A stretch of DNA of 64,000 nucleotides from a virus. Its lineage: Duplodnaviria; Caudoviricetes. Under the pieces are notes generated by a model. It was not told the origin of the DNA, searched no databases, and saw nothing but the letters and a program-made list of their open reading frames with translations. The stretch covers positions 64,001 to 128,000 of IMG/VR virus record IMGVR_UViG_2595698964_000001, one strand, 5' to 3'. Below, one piece after another: positions 50,771 to 59,109 of the stretch. The position numbers were made by a program, and so were the translations under genes. Numbering within the stretch: the stretch's first letter is position 1; every line of letters starts with the position of its first letter.

Positions 50771-50796
50771 TAAACTTTGATTTTTATTCTTTTATT
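50771..50796 (+). promoter_or_regulatory. phage-specific promoter motif
   Basis: TAAACTTTG-N9-CTTTTATT. Confidence 0.7.
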
Positions 50797-50826
50797 GTTA
50801 TGACTTACGAAAAGGAGGAAACTAAT

Positions 50827-51975
50827 TTGTATACTTTTTCTGGTAACAATCCGGCGCAGATTTACCTTGACGCCTTATACAAAATACAAGAGGAAGGTGA
50901 CAACGTATCACCTCGGGGGATGGAAGTAAAAGAAATTAGACCAGCGTCTATTGAGTATACTAACCCTCTTAACCGAGTTGTTTTTCTTGAAGGGAGAAAG
51001 ATGAACCCATTTTTCTTAGGGATGGAGTCTCTCTGGATAGCTTGCGGGCGTTCTGACGTGGAGTTTCTTACAAAGTATAATAAAGGTATGGCAGCCTTTT
51101 CTGATGATGGTGAGTTCTTTAATGCTCCTTACGGACAAAGACTCCGCGCATGGAACACTAATTCTGTTAGCGGGTTTATCTTTAACCCTATTGACCAGCT
51201 TATTGACGTGTATGAGAAGCTTAAAAAAGACAAGGACTCTAGACAGGCAGTGGCTTCGATTTATAACCCATTGTTTGACAACGTAACCGTTGAAACGTTA
51301 GATCGTCCTTGTAACCTACAGCTAGTGTTTAAGATACGAAATGACAAACTTACATTAACGGTTTACAACCGAAGCAATGATATACACTACGGAGTGTTCA
51401 CTAATCTAGTACAGTTCTCTGTTTTACAAGAGCTAATGGCAGTTTGGTTGGGTGTAGGTGTTGGCGAGTATCATCAAGTTACTGATTCACTTCATAACTA
51501 TCTAAACGACTTTGGCGCGAAGGAAACAGAAAAAATATTCAACGCCTATCCGGAACATACGACCGTCCAAGAGTTTACTTTTGAGAATGAACCTCGAATG
51601 TCAACGAGTTTTGAAGAGTTCGAAGCTATGCGATCTGTATTATTTGGTGGTTGGTTCTTTAAAGACTTACATCACGATGAAGCGTTTAAACAACCTAGAG
51701 TAAGAGAAAGCTTACTTACGGTAATTAAGTCTTTACCCGATGACTATTGGAGAAACATGTTATATGCTGCGTATGCTTATCGCGCCCATAAACTTGAAAT
51801 CCCGGAAGAAGTTATTGTTGGGCTTGACAATATGGCTGATAGCTCTTGGAAAATGTCTTGTATTCATTTTCTTTATGAGAAGTACAAAGACAACTCTTTA
51901 TTCCGGGAGTTATACGCTGATTGGTCTGAAGATAAAGTAAGATTCATCGAAGGTAAAAAACAAAGAAAATACTAA
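50827..51975 (+). CDS. dUMP hydroxymethylase (thymidylate synthase family)
   Basis: TTG 50827 with RBS AAAGGAGG; FSDDG, APYG.R, DSRQAV, PCN, RSND..G..TN and SLH.Y, typical of hmU-phage enzymes. Confidence 0.9.
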   Translation: MYTFSGNNPAQIYLDALYKIQEEGDNVSPRGMEVKEIRPASIEYTNPLNRVVFLEGRKMNPFFLGMESLWIACGRSDVEFLTKYNKGMAAFSDDGEFFNAPYGQRLRAWNTNSVSGFIFNPIDQLIDVYEKLKKDKDSRQAVASIYNPLFDNVTVETLDRPCNLQLVFKIRNDKLTLTVYNRSNDIHYGVFTNLVQFSVLQELMAVWLGVGVGEYHQVTDSLHNYLNDFGAKETEKIFNAYPEHTTVQEFTFENEPRMSTSFEEFEAMRSVLFGGWFFKDLHHDEAFKQPRVRESLLTVIKSLPDDYWRNMLYAAYAYRAHKLEIPEEVIVGLDNMADSSWKMSCIHFLYEKYKDNSLFRELYADWSEDKVRFIEGKKQRKY

Positions 51976-51987
51976 GGAGGAACTAAT

Positions 51988-52437
51988 ATGAGTCAAGAAT
52001 ATACAGTGGAACAAAAGATTAGGGAAATTCTAGAAGAGGCAACAGGATTTAAAAAAGCAGGAGTCACGCTTAATGAGGCGCGCGTAGAGAAGTTTATTGA
52101 GATGTTCAAACTCATGCCGTACTACTCTCCTGATATGGAGGTTCGTCGGGATAACGTATTGTTCTTGTTTGCAATGATGGATCTTGCCAACCTCCAGTAT
52201 CGTAAGGAAGGTACTTATGGTAATAGTTGGGAACGTCGTAAAACGCATAGTATTTTTGCTAATGTAGCGCGAAAGTTTGATCGTGTGGAAACGATGGTTA
52301 TTGATAACAAAGCTGACGAAGTGGGCGAGTCTTTACTCGATACGGTAGGAGATTTCACGACTTACGGAGGTCTCTGGGTTACGTATCTTATGAGACAAAA
52401 CCCGGAAGAGTACGCAAAATGGCAAGATTGGGAATAA
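51988..52437 (+). CDS. Nmad1 / MazG-like nucleotide pyrophosphatase (candidate dTTPase)
   Basis: K...YGNSW, N..RKFDR and ES..DT..D...Y; adjacent to the hydroxymethylase. Confidence 0.7.
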   Translation: MSQEYTVEQKIREILEEATGFKKAGVTLNEARVEKFIEMFKLMPYYSPDMEVRRDNVLFLFAMMDLANLQYRKEGTYGNSWERRKTHSIFANVARKFDRVETMVIDNKADEVGESLLDTVGDFTTYGGLWVTYLMRQNPEEYAKWQDWE

Positions 52438-52536
52438 AATATTGAAATATCTCAATAAATCAGTGAATTACATTTTGATTTTACTCAAAAAGAGGGTATG
52501 ATAACAGTAAACCGTGTTAACAAAGGAGTGCTGTAC

Positions 52537-52857
52537 ATGAGTAAAAAAGTCGAAATGTTGCATAAATCTGAAATCGCAGCTGCTATGGCAGAGAAATCTG
52601 CGAAACTAAATAAAACCCTTGCTAAGGAGGCTCTAGAGGCTTTTGAAGAGGTTGCGTTGGAGACACTAAAGGCAGGTAAAGGAATCCAGCTCATCGGTCT
52701 TATGTCAATCTCTCCGAAAGCGAGACCGCCTAGAAAGGGTTATAACCCTCTTAACAAAGAGGAGCTTGATATTGAAGCCAAGGTTGGTGTTAAACTCGCT
52801 GCGGGCAAAGACCTTAAACGTGCAGTGGCTGAACTTGATTTTAATCAATTCATCTAA
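52537..52857 (+). CDS. HU / TF1-like DNA-binding protein
   Basis: MLHKSEI...IQLIG...PRKGYNP...AGK.LK.AV; ATG 52537 with RBS AAAGGAG. Confidence 0.9.
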   Translation: MSKKVEMLHKSEIAAAMAEKSAKLNKTLAKEALEAFEEVALETLKAGKGIQLIGLMSISPKARPPRKGYNPLNKEELDIEAKVGVKLAAGKDLKRAVAELDFNQFI

Positions 52858-52871
52858 ATATTTTTTAATTG

Positions 52872-52902
52872 GAGCATGGTATTGTACCATGCTCTTCTTT
52901 TT
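52872..52902 (+). terminator. intrinsic terminator
   Basis: GAGCATGGTA/TACCATGCTC followed by TTCTTTTT. Confidence 0.8.
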
Positions 52903-52906
52903 GGAG

Positions 52907-52931
52907 TAAACTTTGTAAAATTCTCTTTATT
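52907..52931 (+). promoter_or_regulatory. phage-specific promoter motif
   Basis: TAAACTTTG-N9-CTTTATT. Confidence 0.75.
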
Positions 52932-52961
52932 TGTTGTAGTTACGACAAAGGAGGAGAAGCT

Positions 52962-55646
52962 TTGGAAACAGAAATTATGGAGCCACTAATGGGACGCGGA
53001 AAGAAAACGGCTAAAATTATGTTTGTTACAGATACAGCGTCTGAACACGATTATTACGAAACAGGAAAGTATATGACTGATCAACCGGGGAAACTTCTGT
53101 TGTACTCGCTTAAAAAGTTAGGGATAGACTTGAAAACGGATTGCTACTTTACAGCTCTTGTAAAGCAACCGACTCCGGAAAATAGACAACCTAATAGAGA
53201 AGAAGTTGACGCGTATGTAGGCATATTCGAGAAAGAGGTTGAGATTGTAAATCCTGACATTATTGTTCCTATGGGTAATGTGTCTCTCAAGAAGGTCGGA
53301 GGTAAAACGGGTATTACGAAGTTTAGAGGAAAAGCAACAGTTGATGAGGAGACCGGAAGAATCATCTTTCCAATAATTGGTCCCGATATGCTATTTCTCC
53401 AGCCTAAGCATACTAAGAAATGGACGAAAGATTTACAGAACCTTAAAGAGCTTCTAGATAAGGGAAAGAACTTCCTAGAAAGAAAAGAGGTAACTTATAG
53501 ATATTTAGAAGACTTACCTTCTGTTCTTAAAGAGATTAAGAGAATGAAGAAGTCAAAATGGGTTGTATTTGACTTGGAGACAACAGGACTAGACCCATTT
53601 AAATCTGATTCTAAGATAGTTTGTATCTCGTTAACTGACAGAGACCATTACGGTGTGACTATCCCGTTAGACCATAAAGAGTTTGTCTGGGAGGAAGAAG
53701 ACTTCGAGAAAGTCAAAATGGCTATTAAGCTACTTCTTGAAGATAAGAAAATAAAGAAGATGGCCCATAACGGGAAGTTCGATATGAAGTGGTTGAAAGT
53801 TCAATATGGTATCGAAGTAGCTAACTTTGCATTTGATCCTCTTCTGTGTCACTACCTTACGGTTTCTGAGGAACAGGGTGGTCATGGTCTTAAGAACCTC
53901 GCTTGGGAGTTTACTGACATGGGCGGTTACGATAATGAACTTGATGCCTTCAAGGACACACTACCAGAGAAAATCCGACATAACTACGACAATGTACCTT
54001 GGAAAATACTCAGAACATACGCCGCAGCCGACGTTGACTGTACATTTCGATTATACAAGATATTTAAAGAGTACCTTAAGCAAGATGAGGGCTGGAGGTA
54101 TGTGTTTAAGAACCTTCTTCTACCGGGCTCGTACGCTTTGTCTGACATAGAAATAAACGGCGCGAAACTTGACGAGGACAGAATAGCGTTATACGAGGAA
54201 GTTTTCCCAGCGCGCACTGCTGAAATTGAAGAAAAGTTAAGACAGTACCCTGAAGTATTAGAGATCGAACGCGAGAAGCAGAGATTGTTCGAACTTAGAC
54301 AGCTAGAAATGAAGAAGCCGAAGGAAGAGCGAAACGAGGAAATACTTAAGTACAATAAATATAAGAACTTCAAGTTTAAGTTTAGCTCAACCAATCAACT
54401 ACGAGAACTTCTTTTTGAAAAACTAGGGTTAGACACGCCTTTCCTTACGAAAAAGGGAGAGGAAAGAAAAAGACTTGTAGAGAAAAGAAATAGAGGGAAA
54501 AAGAAGTCAGAACAAGAGAAATTTGTACCAACAATTGAAGAGCTCTCTACCGGGAAAGAGACTCTTGCATATCTAGATGGTAAACATCCTATTGCCTCCC
54601 TCTTGTCTGAATGGAGACGTATTGAGAAAGTTTATGGAACTTATATTAAACCTGCGAGAAGCTGGATTGGAGCAGATGGTCTTGCCCACCCTACGTATAA
54701 CCTTACGGGAACGGTAACAGGACGTTTGTCTTCAGAAAACCCAAACGCGCAGAATTTCCCGCGTAAGTCAAATGATCCTAGAGCATTTGAATACGTTTAC
54801 GGAATAAAAAAGATGTTCGTTAGTCGATTTGGAGCAGACGGACTAATATTACAAGCTGACTACTCTCAGCTGGAATTACGTATCGCAGCAATTTTCTCTA
54901 ACGACAAGGAGCTTATGAATGCGTACAAAGCTGGAAAAGACATCCATATTTACGTTGCTTCAAAGGTTCATAAGATACCTGAGTCAGAAGTAACAAAAGA
55001 CCAACGTACTGCTGCAAAAGCCGTAGGATTTGGACTCTTGTACGGTAAAGGTGCGTATTCTTTGGCTCAAGATATGAAGGTTGATCTTGAAGAAGCGCAA
55101 GAGTTCATTGATACTTACTTCAAGGAGTTTGCAGGAGTTAAGAAATGGCTCGATAACACGAGAAAACAAGTGTTCAAAAATAAGCGTGTTAAGACGCTTA
55201 CAGGACGTTGGAGACGTCTCGCAGCTATTGACTCAACTAACCGAGCAACAGCGGCTGACGCAGAACGTCAAGCTGTAAACTCACCTATCCAAGGTAGCGG
55301 CTCTGATATTACTCTTTCATCTCTAATTGCGTTAGGTCGTCGTTTGAGAGAAGAAGGGTTTAGATCAGTAATTTGTATGACAGTTCACGATAGTATTGTA
55401 CTCGATGTTCATAAAGATGAACTTACTGGGGTTTACAAATTAGTTAAGGAAGTAATGGAGAACCCTCCGTTTGACTGGGTAACTGTACCTATCGTGGCCG
55501 ATGTGGAAATTGGGCGTAACTACGGAGACTTGGTTGACTTGAAACAATTAAGTGACCTTGATGACTATAAAGATGTGTATGAGTACATCGATGTTAAGTT
55601 TGAGGAGAAAAAGAAAGAAGATTTAGAAAAGGCAACGAAGAACTGA
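52962..55646 (+). CDS. family A DNA polymerase with N-terminal UDG-like domain and 3'-5' exonuclease
   Basis: TTG 52962 with RBS AAAGGAGG; DLETTG, HNGKFD, YAAAD, TGRLSS..PN.QN, DYSQLELR, AK...FG.LYG and VHDS motifs. Confidence 0.95.
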   Translation: METEIMEPLMGRGKKTAKIMFVTDTASEHDYYETGKYMTDQPGKLLLYSLKKLGIDLKTDCYFTALVKQPTPENRQPNREEVDAYVGIFEKEVEIVNPDIIVPMGNVSLKKVGGKTGITKFRGKATVDEETGRIIFPIIGPDMLFLQPKHTKKWTKDLQNLKELLDKGKNFLERKEVTYRYLEDLPSVLKEIKRMKKSKWVVFDLETTGLDPFKSDSKIVCISLTDRDHYGVTIPLDHKEFVWEEEDFEKVKMAIKLLLEDKKIKKMAHNGKFDMKWLKVQYGIEVANFAFDPLLCHYLTVSEEQGGHGLKNLAWEFTDMGGYDNELDAFKDTLPEKIRHNYDNVPWKILRTYAAADVDCTFRLYKIFKEYLKQDEGWRYVFKNLLLPGSYALSDIEINGAKLDEDRIALYEEVFPARTAEIEEKLRQYPEVLEIEREKQRLFELRQLEMKKPKEERNEEILKYNKYKNFKFKFSSTNQLRELLFEKLGLDTPFLTKKGEERKRLVEKRNRGKKKSEQEKFVPTIEELSTGKETLAYLDGKHPIASLLSEWRRIEKVYGTYIKPARSWIGADGLAHPTYNLTGTVTGRLSSENPNAQNFPRKSNDPRAFEYVYGIKKMFVSRFGADGLILQADYSQLELRIAAIFSNDKELMNAYKAGKDIHIYVASKVHKIPESEVTKDQRTAAKAVGFGLLYGKGAYSLAQDMKVDLEEAQEFIDTYFKEFAGVKKWLDNTRKQVFKNKRVKTLTGRWRRLAAIDSTNRATAADAERQAVNSPIQGSGSDITLSSLIALGRRLREEGFRSVICMTVHDSIVLDVHKDELTGVYKLVKEVMENPPFDWVTVPIVADVEIGRNYGDLVDLKQLSDLDDYKDVYEYIDVKFEEKKKEDLEKATKN

Positions 55647-55892
55647 CGTTCGTCGGGCATAAGTCCTAAATAGCTGGAATTATGTATGTTTTTGGCTCTA
55701 ACGATCATTTTGGTTTCAACTTTTTCAACTTGGCAACATATGGATATGATAGTGTTTTGAACACATCAGAGCCCTGACAACAGCATTTAGTAGCAGTTAC
55801 CTAGTTATTTCTCATCAACATCGGGTATATAATAGTGTTGGGAGATGAGAGACCTATTTTAACATAAGAATCCGGAAGAGAGGGAGATTGAG

Positions 55893-56063
55893 TTGAAACG
55901 TAAACAAAATAACTTAGAGCCGTTGAAACAAAAACGCGAAGGTTACATTATGGTTAACGAAGCCAACAACGTTGAAATCAAATGTACTCCAGAGTTTAAA
56001 CAGATTTGGCTCGCAAGGGGTTTCAAAGTTGTTAAACATAGTCGCGAATTACGCTTGATATAA
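55893..56063 (+). CDS. 56-aa hypothetical protein (absent from ORF track)
   Basis: RBS AGGGAG, TTG start, MKRKQNNLEP...WLARGFKVV..RLI; TATAAT at 55828; terminator follows. Confidence 0.7.
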   Translation: MKRKQNNLEPLKQKREGYIMVNEANNVEIKCTPEFKQIWLARGFKVVKHSRELRLI

Positions 56064-56097
56064 TACAGACATAATACATTATTTTAATATACATTAG

Positions 56098-56123
56098 TCA
56101 CCATCCACTGGATGGTGATTTTT
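56098..56123 (+). terminator. intrinsic terminator
   Basis: TCACCATCCA/TGGATGGTGA followed by Ts. Confidence 0.85.
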
Positions 56124-56144
56124 ATTTTTACATGTGAAAAGGAG

Positions 56145-56169
56145 TACATTTTGAAAACCGCGCTTTATT
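56145..56169 (+). promoter_or_regulatory. phage-specific promoter motif
   Basis: TACATTTTG-N9-CTTTATT. Confidence 0.65.
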
Positions 56170-56204
56170 TACTACGAATTAAGGAAAGAGTGAGGTGAGA
56201 GTGG

Positions 56205-56723
56205 TTGAACAACGACGTTACTATGGACTTAGATTCTTTGGATATTACAGTTACTGTTAAGACAAAGAATGGGGAAATTGAGGAATTTAACATTAAAGAT
56301 GAGCTTATGATTGACCGCGACAATGTAAATGAAGGATACATTAACCAACCTGGCAGGTATGCTTGGTGGGGGATGGTTCTTGAAGTTGCTAAAGCTAATG
56401 TTGAACGCGCTAAACGAGAGCTCTCTGTTCAAGAAGCTGAGGCAGATGAACGTGTTAGAACGGAACTTGATATGGAAGGGGTAAAAATTACTGAGGCTAT
56501 AGTAACCCGACGTATCAAAGCCGACAAAGGGTATTTAAAAGCTGCTGACGAGCTCGTAGAAGCTCAGAAAGCTTCCGGTATATTAGATAAGGTCTTAAAA
56601 GCTTTTGACCAACGTATGGAGGCGCTAATAAGCTTAGGGGCTAATTTGCGAAAAGAAGAAGTTAATGTTGAGCTTACTATGAAGAAAATGCAAGCTCGCG
56701 AAGTGTTAAAGAAAAACAAGTAA
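56205..56723 (+). CDS. UvsY-like recombination mediator
   Basis: L.ID...QP..YAWW, coiled coil, KAF.QR...L; precedes ssb and recA. Confidence 0.65.
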   Translation: MNNDVTMDLDSLDITVTVKTKNGEIEEFNIKDELMIDRDNVNEGYINQPGRYAWWGMVLEVAKANVERAKRELSVQEAEADERVRTELDMEGVKITEAIVTRRIKADKGYLKAADELVEAQKASGILDKVLKAFDQRMEALISLGANLRKEEVNVELTMKKMQAREVLKKNK

Positions 56724-56734
56724 ACAACTAAGAC

Positions 56735-56870
56735 TTAACAGCGTCGACGCTGAGGCGTGGAGTAGGGAGTCCAAAAGATTTTTATGTTAACACTCTCTCA
56801 CCCCAATTCTCTCTTTTGGGCTCTCTCCTCTGCGTCTTAGTGTTGGCGTAAGTTAAATTATGGGGAGAGA
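56735..56870 (+). ncRNA. structured 5' leader of ssb (long G-U-rich hairpin with anti-SD loop)
   Basis: 42 pairs including 10 G-U; loop is complementary to the downstream SD. Confidence 0.65.
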
Positions 56871-56876
56871 TAATAA

Positions 56877-57905
56877 ATGGGTTTAGACATCGAAAAGTAC
56901 AAAAAACGGTTATTGGAATCACAAGAGCGTAGCAGTGGCGGGGGAGGAGACATGACGTTCTTTAATATCAAAGAGGGACGTAACGTTGTGCGCATTCTAC
57001 CTCCGAAAGTGGAAGATGGTGACATTTACTCTGAATGTAAGATCAACTATAATCTTGGTCCAAATAAAGATCGACAAGCTGTAAGTCGTAAGAGTGCCGG
57101 TTTTGCTGACGATCCAGTTGAAGAACTTATCCAAGAGCTTGAAAGTTCAGGCGACAAGGATGACGCGAAATACGCTAAAAAGTTAAAACCTCGTATGCGG
57201 TATTACTTCAACGTAATAAACCGAGAAGCTACAGAGGGTGATGATGATTTCGAAAAAGTGTTGGTTATGGGCTGTGGGACTACTGTGTTCGAAGGTGTCC
57301 TTGGTTTGATTGTAGACCCTGACTTTGGTGACATCACTGACCCTGAAGAGGGGTATGACGTTATTATTACGCGTAAAGGTAAAGGAATGAAAACTGAGTA
57401 CAAAGTGACTGGTCGTCCGAAACAAACACCGATTGGTGTGGATGACTGGGAAGAACAACTACATGATCTTGAAAAGCTTACAAAACCTCGTGATGCCGAA
57501 GCGATTGAACATCTGTTAGAAACTGGTGAATGGCCAGCTCGTAGTGGAGATGACGACGAGGACGATGACGAGAAACCAAAGAAGAAAAAGAAAAAGGCTG
57601 AGGAGAAGAAAAAGAAAACGACAACCAAGAAAAAGAAAAAGCCTGAGCCAGTAGACGAAGAAGAAGAAGAAGAAGACGATGATGATTTTGAGGATGACGA
57701 CTTAGAAGAAGATGAAATTGAAGACCTTGATGATGAAGATGAAGACCTTGATGATGAAGATGAAGATGAAGATGAAGATGCAGATGAAGATGAAGATGAA
57801 GATGAAGATGCAGATGAAGATGAAGATGAAGATGATGACATCGAAGCTGAGATTGAAAAAATGTTAGCGGAAGACAAGAAAAAAGCTAAGAAAAAGAAAA
57901 AATAA
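56877..57905 (+). CDS. ssb: single-stranded DNA-binding protein (gp32-like)
   Basis: VRILPP, YYFNVI and DITDP.EG.D..I...G motifs; long acidic C-terminus. Confidence 0.8.
   Translation: MGLDIEKYKKRLLESQERSSGGGGDMTFFNIKEGRNVVRILPPKVEDGDIYSECKINYNLGPNKDRQAVSRKSAGFADDPVEELIQELESSGDKDDAKYAKKLKPRMRYYFNVINREATEGDDDFEKVLVMGCGTTVFEGVLGLIVDPDFGDITDPEEGYDVIITRKGKGMKTEYKVTGRPKQTPIGVDDWEEQLHDLEKLTKPRDAEAIEHLLETGEWPARSGDDDEDDDEKPKKKKKKAEEKKKKTTTKKKKKPEPVDEEEEEEDDDDFEDDDLEEDEIEDLDDEDEDLDDEDEDEDEDADEDEDEDEDADEDEDEDDDIEAEIEKMLAEDKKKAKKKKK
57721..57838 (+). repeat. tandem GATGAA-based repeats encoding the Asp/Glu tail
   Basis: 21-bp unit x2 and 30-bp unit x2 built from GATGAA. Confidence 0.85.
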
Positions 57906-57958
57906 TGGGGTTGGAGCGACGTTAACACGTCGCTCCTCCTAGTCTAGGAGGAAAATAG

Positions 57959-59002
57959 ATGGCTAAAGCAAAGAAATCAAAGAAAACAGAAGAACCGACT
58001 GAGGTCGAGAATGTTGTAGGCGGGGAAGACGATTTAATTAACAGTTTGATCTTAGACCTAAATACTGACGGGGATGTAATGACTCTTGAAAATGCTACGC
58101 ATGCTTCAGTTCCGGGTTGGATACCTTCTGGCGACCCAGCCCTAGACGAAGCATTAGGCGGAGGGTGGCCACTTTCTCGTATCGTAGAGGTCTATGGACC
58201 AGAGTCTAATGGTAAAACCACTGTAGCGCTACATGCTATTGCTGAAGTTCAAAAGATAGGTGGAATTGCTATCTTTTTAGATACTGAACACGCGCTAGAT
58301 CGAACAAGAGCTAAGTCTATTGGGGTTGATCTCAAAACTATGATCTACGCTCAACCGGGAACGATGGAGAGTGTGTTTGAATTTGTAGATGGTCTTATTG
58401 ATAAGATTCGGAAGAAAAACGTTGAGAGACCTATCCTTGTTGTTTGGGACTCTGTTGCTGCGACGCCTACAAATGTAGAAGTTAACGGGGAATATGACGA
58501 CCAACATGTAGGTATTCATGCTCGCGTAATGTCTCAAGGATTCCGTAAAATTAACTCTAAAATTAACAAGAATAACGTTTGCTTTATGTGTATTAACCAA
58601 ACGCGAGACAAAGTTGGGGTTACTTTTGGAGAAAAATCTACGACTCCTGGAGGAAGAGCTCTTAAATTCTATGCCTCTGTACGTCTTGAAGTTATAAAAG
58701 TCGGACAGTACAAAGAGGGTAACGCTGTTGCGGGGATAAAATGTATCGCGAATACTAAAAAGAACAAAGTCGCACCTCCTTTCAGAAAGGTCGAATTTAA
58801 CATTTTATTCGCTGATGAGAATGGCGGTATTGACGGGCTTGGTTCGTTGTTAGACAAAGGATTGGAAGCCGGAATGTTCGGTACGTCTAAAGGTTGGTAT
58901 GAAATCGACGGTCAAAAGTTCAGAAAGGCTGATGCGAGAACATACCTAAGAGAACATCCTGAGACTGTAAAAACCCTTCGCGATACTTTGCTGTCCATGT
59001 AG
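57959..59002 (+). CDS. recA: RecA-like recombinase
   Basis: YGPESNGKTT, DTEHALD, WDSVAA, GGRALKFYASVR and KNKVAPPF motifs. Confidence 0.97.
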   Translation: MAKAKKSKKTEEPTEVENVVGGEDDLINSLILDLNTDGDVMTLENATHASVPGWIPSGDPALDEALGGGWPLSRIVEVYGPESNGKTTVALHAIAEVQKIGGIAIFLDTEHALDRTRAKSIGVDLKTMIYAQPGTMESVFEFVDGLIDKIRKKNVERPILVVWDSVAATPTNVEVNGEYDDQHVGIHARVMSQGFRKINSKINKNNVCFMCINQTRDKVGVTFGEKSTTPGGRALKFYASVRLEVIKVGQYKEGNAVAGIKCIANTKKNKVAPPFRKVEFNILFADENGGIDGLGSLLDKGLEAGMFGTSKGWYEIDGQKFRKADARTYLREHPETVKTLRDTLLSM

Positions 59003-59013
59003 TTGTAAAACTG

Positions 59014-59035
59014 ACCCAGTTCCGGCTGGGTTTTT
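59014..59035 (+). terminator. intrinsic terminator
   Basis: ACCCAG/CTGGGT followed by Ts. Confidence 0.75.
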
Positions 59036-59064
59036 GTTTACAGCCAAACAAGTAAACAAGGGTG

Positions 59065-59089
59065 TAAACTTTGTAAAACTTACTTTATT
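59065..59089 (+). promoter_or_regulatory. phage-specific promoter motif
   Basis: TAAACTTTG-N9-CTTTATT. Confidence 0.75.
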
Positions 59090-59109
59090 TATAACGAAAG
59101 AGGAGGGAT

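Noticed and set aside
52469-52502. TACATTTTG as a seventh copy of the middle-promoter motif
   Set aside because: Lacks the CTTTATT half; better read as a weak sigA-like TTGATT/TATGAT promoter for HU
39181-55646. Group I introns or inteins in nrdE, nrdF or pol, as found in SPO1 and SPbeta
   Set aside because: All three ORFs are continuous and of normal length
55682-55777. Short ORFs (24-31 aa) after pol
   Set aside because: No convincing RBS
57721-57838. Tandem repeats as a CRISPR-like array
   Set aside because: No unique spacers; in-frame coding microsatellite
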